Source of the DNA: a bacterium
GTDB lineage: Bacteria > Patescibacteriota > Minisyncoccia > Minisyncoccales > CG1-02-41-26
Direction: 5' to 3'
Assembly: GCA_030603395.1 (NCBI GenBank)
Contig: JAUVXX010000005.1
Coordinates: forward strand, 885-64,884
DNA: 64,000 nucleotides
Every line of letters starts with the position of its first letter. Positions within the stretch are counted from its first letter, which is position 1. This document shows, piece after piece, positions 1 through 5,745 of this stretch. The notes below the pieces were generated by a model that searched no databases, had not been told where the DNA came from, and saw only the letters and a list, made by a program, of their open reading frames with translations. The translations under genes and the position numbers were made by a program.

Positions 1-65
1 TTAATTTTCTCCTTTTTTTCATCGGTAATCCCTATATCTCTTTTAAGTTTTTCAAAAAATGACAT
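1..65 (-). CDS. 5-prime end of an ORF running off the window (MSFFEKLKRDIGITDEKKEKI...), product unknown
   Basis: ATG at 65-63 on minus strand, open to position 1; only 21 codons visible, no motif recognised. Confidence 0.25.
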   Translation of the reverse strand, partial: MSFFEKLKRDIGITDEKKEKI

Positions 66-75
66 AGTGGTACTA

Positions 76-756
76 CTATATTTTGCAAACACTTGGCAAC
101 TTTTTCAATTTTTTAAACCAATAAGAAACCAATAAGCCGAGAGTGATTAAAATGAGAAGAGGTAGCAAGAATTTTTCCAGACCTCCTATTTTCATTATAG
201 ACCAGTTGTAAAGTCCATGCAAGATAGTTGCCATTGCCAAACCAACCACGAAAAGTTTTTTCCTTTGATGAGTATGGAAGAAAGATAGAGCTAAAAAATA
301 TCCCAAGGTACCCGAACATAAAGCATGCAGGAAGGTTGCTGAAACAAACCGCCAGCCCATTACTTCTAAGGCCTTTGTTGCAGTCAAAATAGGATGGTAA
401 TTACTCAAAACTAAGATGTTCTCCAGAGCAGCAAATCCCAGGGCAGAGATAATCATATAAAGCAAAAGGTCGGGGGGTTCGTCAAGTTCAGAGCTGTGGA
501 AAACTCCCGCTCTGACTACCAGATATTTCAGATATTCTTCAATAAAAGCTCCTCCCAGAAAGATGATCAAAAGGGAACTTGAGATTATCCTTTGAAAACC
601 TTTTTCTAAAAAAATGGCAAAAAAAGCAGCCAACATTCCCAGAAAGAAGATTTTCAAAATCATCCGGTTTGACTCGGGGTGGGCGTCTTTGCGGAGATAA
701 AAAAATAGCCAGATAATGCTTGGCAAAAAACCGAAAAGATAAAGAAAATAAATCAT
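76..756 (-). CDS. PrsW-family intramembrane protease (multi-pass membrane protein)
   Basis: 226-aa ORF; hydrophobic throughout; FIEEYLKY (EExxK) and ILHGLYN (HxxxN) motifs typical of PrsW family. Confidence 0.7.
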   Translation of the reverse strand: MIYFLYLFGFLPSIIWLFFYLRKDAHPESNRMILKIFFLGMLAAFFAIFLEKGFQRIISSSLLIIFLGGAFIEEYLKYLVVRAGVFHSSELDEPPDLLLYMIISALGFAALENILVLSNYHPILTATKALEVMGWRFVSATFLHALCSGTLGYFLALSFFHTHQRKKLFVVGLAMATILHGLYNWSIMKIGGLEKFLLPLLILITLGLLVSYWFKKLKKLPSVCKI

Positions 757-774
757 AATATTTCTACTTCACAG

Positions 775-2907
775 TTAATTAGGCCAGGTTTCAATCATCA
801 GGCATTTTTTCTTATTTTTCAGAGGCAATTTTTGATAGATTTCCTCGGTCACAAACGGCATAAAGGGATGCAAAAGTTTAAGGGAGGTTAGGAGAACGTA
901 GTATAAAATTTTCTGGGTATTCTCTTTAGTTTTGACATTTGACATTTGGCTTTTGGATTTCTCTATGTACTTGTCGCAAAAATCATGCCAGAAAAAATGA
1001 TATAAAGTTTGGGCTGCCTGACCAAACCTGAAATTTTCCAAATCTTTGTTAACCGATTTAATTGTCTTCTCAAGAACTTTCAATATCTTCTTATCAGCTC
1101 CAGTTAAATTTTTATCAGTTCCAATCAGCTTTTTATCAGTGTTAATCAGCGGCGGTTTATTCATTAGAATAAACCTCGTGGCATTCCAAATCTTATTAGA
1201 AAACTTTCTCTGACCGATTATTTTTTCTTCTGAGATTATAGTATCTTTACCAGAGCCAGTGCCAAAAACCAAAGCCATACGTAAAGCATCTGTTCCGTAA
1301 AGAGTAATTACGCCTAATGGGTCAATGACATTACCTTTTGATTTTGACATTTTTTGTCGGTCTTTATCTCTGACTAAGCCATGCAGATAAACATAACGAA
1401 AAGGTGCTTTTCCGGTACAGTAGATTCCCAACATAATCATCCTGGCCACCCAGAAGAATAGAATATCCCAGCCGGTCTCCATCACACTAGTGGGATAAAA
1501 ATATTGAAAATCTTTAGTTTGTCTGGGCCAGCCAAAAACAGTGAAGGGCCATTGACCAGAAGAGAACCAGGTGTCAAGAGTGTCAGGATCTTGTTTTAAT
1601 TTTTTACCTTTGCATTTTGGACAGGATTTTGGTTTTTCAATATCTACTGTTATTTCTCCACATTCACAATACCAAACAGGTATTCTGTGGCCCCACCAGA
1701 TTTGTCTTGAGATACACCAATCTCTAATGTTTTTCATCCAGTGATAATACAGTTTCTTGTAATGGGTGGGGATAAATTCTATTTTTTTGTCTTCCACTGC
1801 TTTTATGGCAGGAGCTGCTAATTTTTTAGCCCTGATAAACCATTGTTCAGAAATTAATGGTTCAATAATAGTTTTGCATCGTTCACAAATCGCTATACGA
1901 TGTTTGTAATTAAAATCAATTTTTTCCATTAAGCCCATTTTTTCCAAGTCTTTAGCAATTATCTTTCTTGCTTCCCTTACCTTCATTCCAGCATATTTGC
2001 CGGCTTTTTTATTGAGTTTACCGTCAAAGCCAATAACCTGGCGAATTTCTAAGTTGTGCCTTTGTCCAATCTCAAAATCATTAGGGTCATGAGCTGGCGT
2101 TACTTTTACTACTCCTGTTCCGAATTCAGGGTCAACTGCTTTATCAGCAACAACTTTGACTTCAGCTTTGCCTAAAACTGTTTGGATCTCAATTTCTTTT
2201 CCAACATATTTTTTATACCTTTTGTCAGCTGGGTGAACAGCTACTGCTGTGTCGCCAAATTTTGTTTCTGGTCTGACGGTAGCTAAAGTTAAAGGCCCAT
2301 ACTTTATATAATAAAGAGGGTCTTTTTTTTCTTGGTAAATCACCTCTAAATTGGAAAGGGCTGTTTGGCATCTGGGACACCAGCTTATAATTCGTTTGCC
2401 TCGATAAATAAGACCATCTTTATACATTTTTTTAAAGGTGTAAAAGACAGCTTTACTGATTTTTGGATCCAGGGTAAATTTTGAACGACTCCAGTCACAG
2501 CTAGCCCCCAACTTGCGCAACTGGGTTTCCATTACTTTTTTGTTCTCCATTGAAAATTTATAAGTTTGTTTATAAAATTCCTCTCTACCCAACTTCAATC
2601 TTGATTTACCTTGTTTAGCTAACTTTTTTTCGTAAGTCACTTGAGTCATAATGCCGGCATGGTCAGCTCCAGGCAGCCACAAAACTTCTTTCCCTTTCAT
2701 TCTTTGATAACGAGTCATAATATCTTCCAAGGTAACAAAAACAGCATGGCCAATATGTAAAATTCCATTGGCATTTGGCGGGGGCATAATAATGCAAAAA
2801 GGCTGTTTTTTGCTTTTTGGACTTGCTTTTAGAAATCCTGATTTTTCCCAGAGCTGGTAAATTTTATCTTCTACCTGTTTTGGATTGTAAGTTTTAGAAA
2901 TTTTCAT
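775..2907 (-). CDS. valS: valyl-tRNA synthetase, short form lacking the C-terminal coiled-coil
   Basis: 710-aa ORF; PPPNANGILHIGHA (HIGH) and KMSKSKGN (KMSKS) class I motifs; CP1 editing segment TPAHDPNDFEIG; ends ...ETWPN. Confidence 0.9.
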   Translation of the reverse strand: MKISKTYNPKQVEDKIYQLWEKSGFLKASPKSKKQPFCIIMPPPNANGILHIGHAVFVTLEDIMTRYQRMKGKEVLWLPGADHAGIMTQVTYEKKLAKQGKSRLKLGREEFYKQTYKFSMENKKVMETQLRKLGASCDWSRSKFTLDPKISKAVFYTFKKMYKDGLIYRGKRIISWCPRCQTALSNLEVIYQEKKDPLYYIKYGPLTLATVRPETKFGDTAVAVHPADKRYKKYVGKEIEIQTVLGKAEVKVVADKAVDPEFGTGVVKVTPAHDPNDFEIGQRHNLEIRQVIGFDGKLNKKAGKYAGMKVREARKIIAKDLEKMGLMEKIDFNYKHRIAICERCKTIIEPLISEQWFIRAKKLAAPAIKAVEDKKIEFIPTHYKKLYYHWMKNIRDWCISRQIWWGHRIPVWYCECGEITVDIEKPKSCPKCKGKKLKQDPDTLDTWFSSGQWPFTVFGWPRQTKDFQYFYPTSVMETGWDILFFWVARMIMLGIYCTGKAPFRYVYLHGLVRDKDRQKMSKSKGNVIDPLGVITLYGTDALRMALVFGTGSGKDTIISEEKIIGQRKFSNKIWNATRFILMNKPPLINTDKKLIGTDKNLTGADKKILKVLEKTIKSVNKDLENFRFGQAAQTLYHFFWHDFCDKYIEKSKSQMSNVKTKENTQKILYYVLLTSLKLLHPFMPFVTEEIYQKLPLKNKKKCLMIETWPN
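931..947. repeat. tttgacatttgacattt, short relative of the tsaD 31-nt repeat, inside valS
   Basis: direct reading; encodes SQMSNVK on coding strand. Confidence 0.8.
1088..1150. repeat. 3 x 21-nt tandem repeat inside valS (LINTDKK/LIGTDKN/LTGADKK)
   Basis: units 1088-1108, 1109-1129, 1130-1150; units 2 and 3 differ at 3 of 21 nt. Confidence 0.8.
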
Positions 2908-4007
2908 GATATTCTTAAATTAGCCTCAGCTTTGATTTTTTGCCAATTTTTTGAAGCTTCTTTTCTGCGGAAATAAGCTGTTATGCCAATCATGACTGCG
3001 TTGTCGGTGCAGAATTGGATATTAGGTGTTAGATATTGGATATTGGGAATTTCTTTTTTAATTTTTTCTTTGAGTTGTTTTCGCAGTTCATTGTTGGCGG
3101 TCACCCCTCCACCAAGCACTATACTTTTTGCCTTGCAATCCTTGGCTGCTTTGATAGTTTTTTTGATTAAAACATCAATAATCGCCTGCTGGATTTTCTT
3201 GGCCATCTCTCTAACATATTCTTTTGAAGCTCTCACTTTTTTTGACCTCTTTTTAAACTCGTATAGAACAGCAGTTTTGAGTCCAGAAAAAGAGAAATCG
3301 TAATCTTTACTATTTATCATCGGCCGTGGCAACTTTGTTCGATATTTCGCTGTCGCTTCAGGCGACTCCCCGTAGGGTCCTATTTCGACATTTCGACATT
3401 TCGCTGCTGCAGCCGCTATGGCGGGTCCTCCCGGATAGGGGAGGCCCAAAACTCTGGCTGTTTTGTCAAAACATTCTCCGGCTGCGTCATCCCTGGTTTC
3501 ACCAATAATTTTGTATTTACCAATATCATTCATCAAAATCAATTGAGTATGCCCACCACTCACCACCAAGCACACAGCCGGAAAGATTTGACATTTGAGC
3601 TTTGACATTTGACATTTGCCAACAAAGTTGGCAAAGATGTGTGCTTCCATGTGATTAACAGGAATAATCGGCAGGTTCCTTTGTTGAGCTAAATCTTTGG
3701 CAAAATTTATCCCGGTCCATAAACACGGTTCAAGCCCCGGTCCAATCGTTACTGCCACAGCGTCAATTTTCGGTTTCTTAGCTTTATTTAAAGCTTTTTT
3801 AAGCACCACTGGCAGATTCTTTTGGTGTTCTCTTTTAGCCAAACTTGGATAGACCCCTCCGTATTTTTGGTGAATTTTCACTTGCGAGGAAACAACGTTT
3901 GAGAGGATTTCAAATTTAGCATTTTTGACATTTGAGCTTTGACATTTGACATTTAGTATACTTATGCAGGTATCGTCACACGAAGTGTCAATGGCTAAGA
4001 TAATCAT
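2904..4007 (-). CDS. tsaD: tRNA N6-adenosine threonylcarbamoyltransferase TsaD (Kae1/Gcp family) with three in-frame inserts
   Basis: 367-aa ORF; ILAIDTSCDDT, VSGGHTQL, GLPYPGGP, DFSFSGLKTAV family motifs; 4-nt overlap with valS. Confidence 0.9.
   Translation of the reverse strand: MIILAIDTSCDDTCISILNVKCQSSNVKNAKFEILSNVVSSQVKIHQKYGGVYPSLAKREHQKNLPVVLKKALNKAKKPKIDAVAVTIGPGLEPCLWTGINFAKDLAQQRNLPIIPVNHMEAHIFANFVGKCQMSKLKCQIFPAVCLVVSGGHTQLILMNDIGKYKIIGETRDDAAGECFDKTARVLGLPYPGGPAIAAAAAKCRNVEIGPYGESPEATAKYRTKLPRPMINSKDYDFSFSGLKTAVLYEFKKRSKKVRASKEYVREMAKKIQQAIIDVLIKKTIKAAKDCKAKSIVLGGGVTANNELRKQLKEKIKKEIPNIQYLTPNIQFCTDNAVMIGITAYFRRKEASKNWQKIKAEANLRIS
3344..3406. repeat. 9-nt direct repeats (atttcgctg) 54 nt apart, bounding a GC-rich core inside tsaD
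   Basis: atttcgctg at 3344-3352 and 3398-3406. Confidence 0.85.
3587..3617. repeat. 31-nt repeat tttgacatttgagctttgacatttgacattt, copy A (in tsaD)
   Basis: identical to 3924-3954. Confidence 0.95.
3924..3954. repeat. 31-nt repeat tttgacatttgagctttgacatttgacattt, copy B (in tsaD, different frame)
   Basis: identical to 3587-3617. Confidence 0.95.
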
Positions 4008-4013
4008 GTCTTT

Positions 4014-4042
4014 ATTTTACGGGAAATCTTGCCCTTCAGCAA
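4014..4042 (-). promoter_or_regulatory. putative sigma70-type promoter of tsaD-valS, leaderless geometry
   Basis: minus strand TTGCTG (4042-4037), 17 nt, TAAAAT (4019-4014), 6 nt, ATG 4007. Confidence 0.45.
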
Positions 4043-4072
4043 GTTCAGGGCAATACTGAGTCCGTCGAAGTA

Positions 4073-4101
4073 TTGTAATTTTTCAATTTTTGAGTTAGAA
4101 T
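4073..4101 (+). promoter_or_regulatory. putative promoter of tRNA-Glu (and downstream GT2)
   Basis: TTGTAA (4073-4078), 17 nt, TAGAAT (4096-4101), 9 nt before tRNA 5-prime end. Confidence 0.45.
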
Positions 4102-4110
4102 TTATTGAGC

Positions 4111-4183
4111 GGCCCTGTCGTCTAGTGGTTTAGGACGTCGCGCTTTCAATGCGAAAACACGGGTTCGATTCCCGTCAGGGCCA
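4111..4183 (+). tRNA. tRNA-Glu (anticodon UUC)
   Basis: hand-folded cloverleaf: acceptor GGCCCTG/CAGGGCC, anticodon loop CTTTCAA, T arm ACGGG-TTCGATT-CCCGT; no encoded CCA. Confidence 0.9.
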
Positions 4184-4192
4184 CTTTTAAAT

Positions 4193-5743
4193 ATGGAGAA
4201 TTATCTCGAGATTAGTCGGGCTTCCGACCTCCCCAAACTAAGGGAGAGGTGGCTCTATCGTTTTTTTGAAATTTTGCCGGGAGCTCTAAGCTTAACTACC
4301 CTAAGTTTTGCCCTGCTTTTTTCCTGGTTAAAGCCGGTCTGGGTGGCTTTTTTTATTATCCCCCTGTGTCTTTATTGGGCCTTAAAAGTTATCTATCTTT
4401 CTCTGTATCAAGTTACCTGTTTTAGGCGAATGAAAAAAAATCTTAAGGTTGACTGGCAAAAAAAGCTTGAAGATGTTCGCCATTGGCAGAATATTTACCA
4501 ATTAGTTATCCTGCCCATGTACCAGGAGGATTGGGGGGTGGTTAAAGAAACCTTAGAGTCCCTCAAAGATTCAATTTATCCCAAAGACAGAATGATAATA
4601 GTTTTAGCTCAAGAAGAAAGAGCAGGGGAGAAAGTAAGAGAGATTGCCGAAGTTGCTGGCAAAGAATATGGAGATTGTTTTTACCGATTTTTAACCACTT
4701 GCCATCCTAAAGACATTGAAGGGGAAGCCATCGGTAAAGGGTCAAATGTGGCGTTTGCTGGCAAAGAAGCAAAGAAACTAATTGATGAGCTCAAAATCCC
4801 TTATCAAAACGTTATCATTTCAAACTTTGACATTGACACCAAGGTTTCCCCCCAATATTTTCTTTGTTTAACTTATCACTACTTAACCTCAGAAAATCGG
4901 TTAAGGAGCAGCTTCCAGCCCATTCCGGTCTACCACAACAATATCTGGCAAGCCCCGGCTTTCAGCAGGGTTGTGGCTACCAGCAATACTTTCTGGCAAA
5001 TGATGCAGCAGGAAAGACCCGAGCAGGCGGTCACTTACTCTTCCCATTCCATGCCCTTTAAAACTTTTCTGGAGGTGGGTTATCCGCACAATTTAGTGCC
5101 TGACGACTCCCGAATATTCTGGAAATCCTTTTTTAAATATGATGGGGATTACCGAGTTGTCCCCCTATACTATCCGTTGTCTATGGACGTGGTAGACGCT
5201 TCAAGCTTTTTTAAAACTTTTGTCAATCAGTACAAACAACAGAGAAGATGGGCTTGGGGCTGCACCGAAATCCCTTATTTGCTTTTTGGTTTTTTGAAAA
5301 ACAAAAAAATCCCTTTGAGAAAAAGGATTTTCCACTCTTTTATTGCCCTTGAGGGATTTTGGTCTTGGGCTTGTGCCTCTATTTTAATTTTGTTTCTGGG
5401 TTGGCTGCCTTTACTTTTAGGCGGGGAAGAATTTAACGTCACCATACTTGCCTACAACCTTCCCAGATTAACCGGCAGAATTATGACCTTTGCCATGTTT
5501 GGTATGGTTTGCGCCATCATCCTCAACATACTTCATTTACCCCCTCGGCCCAAGGGAATTTCTCCCCTGAAAAACCTTTCCATGATTTTTCAATGGCTGT
5601 TTCTACCCCCGGTTTTAATAATCTTTGGCTCCCTGCCAGCATTAGACGCCCAGGTTCGCTTAATGTTCGGCAAATACATGGAATTTTGGAATACCCCCAA
5701 AGTCCGGAAAAACCTCAAAGAAACAGAGGACAGTCCTCTGTAA
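4193..5743 (+). CDS. membrane-embedded family 2 glycosyltransferase (processive, cellulose/chitin-synthase-like)
   Basis: 516-aa ORF; N- and C-terminal TM segments; central GT-A region; QQRRWAWG (QxxRW) motif. Confidence 0.75.
   Translation: MENYLEISRASDLPKLRERWLYRFFEILPGALSLTTLSFALLFSWLKPVWVAFFIIPLCLYWALKVIYLSLYQVTCFRRMKKNLKVDWQKKLEDVRHWQNIYQLVILPMYQEDWGVVKETLESLKDSIYPKDRMIIVLAQEERAGEKVREIAEVAGKEYGDCFYRFLTTCHPKDIEGEAIGKGSNVAFAGKEAKKLIDELKIPYQNVIISNFDIDTKVSPQYFLCLTYHYLTSENRLRSSFQPIPVYHNNIWQAPAFSRVVATSNTFWQMMQQERPEQAVTYSSHSMPFKTFLEVGYPHNLVPDDSRIFWKSFFKYDGDYRVVPLYYPLSMDVVDASSFFKTFVNQYKQQRRWAWGCTEIPYLLFGFLKNKKIPLRKRIFHSFIALEGFWSWACASILILFLGWLPLLLGGEEFNVTILAYNLPRLTGRIMTFAMFGMVCAIILNILHLPPRPKGISPLKNLSMIFQWLFLPPVLIIFGSLPALDAQVRLMFGKYMEFWNTPKVRKNLKETEDSPL
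5723..5741. terminator. palindromic hairpin between convergent GT2 and recG
   Basis: acagaggac-a-gtcctctgt; overlaps last GT2 codons; same palindrome as 9878-9898 in opposite orientation. Confidence 0.5.
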
Positions 5744-5745
5744 AT

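Noticed and set aside
3587-3954. TTGACA hexamers inside the TGACATTT repeats acting as antisense -35 promoter boxes.
   Set aside because: I checked the spacing. No acceptable -10 hexamer lies 16-18 nt downstream of any of the TTGACA copies; the nearest candidate, TATACT, is 12 nt or 26 nt away. The resemblance to -35 is probably incidental.
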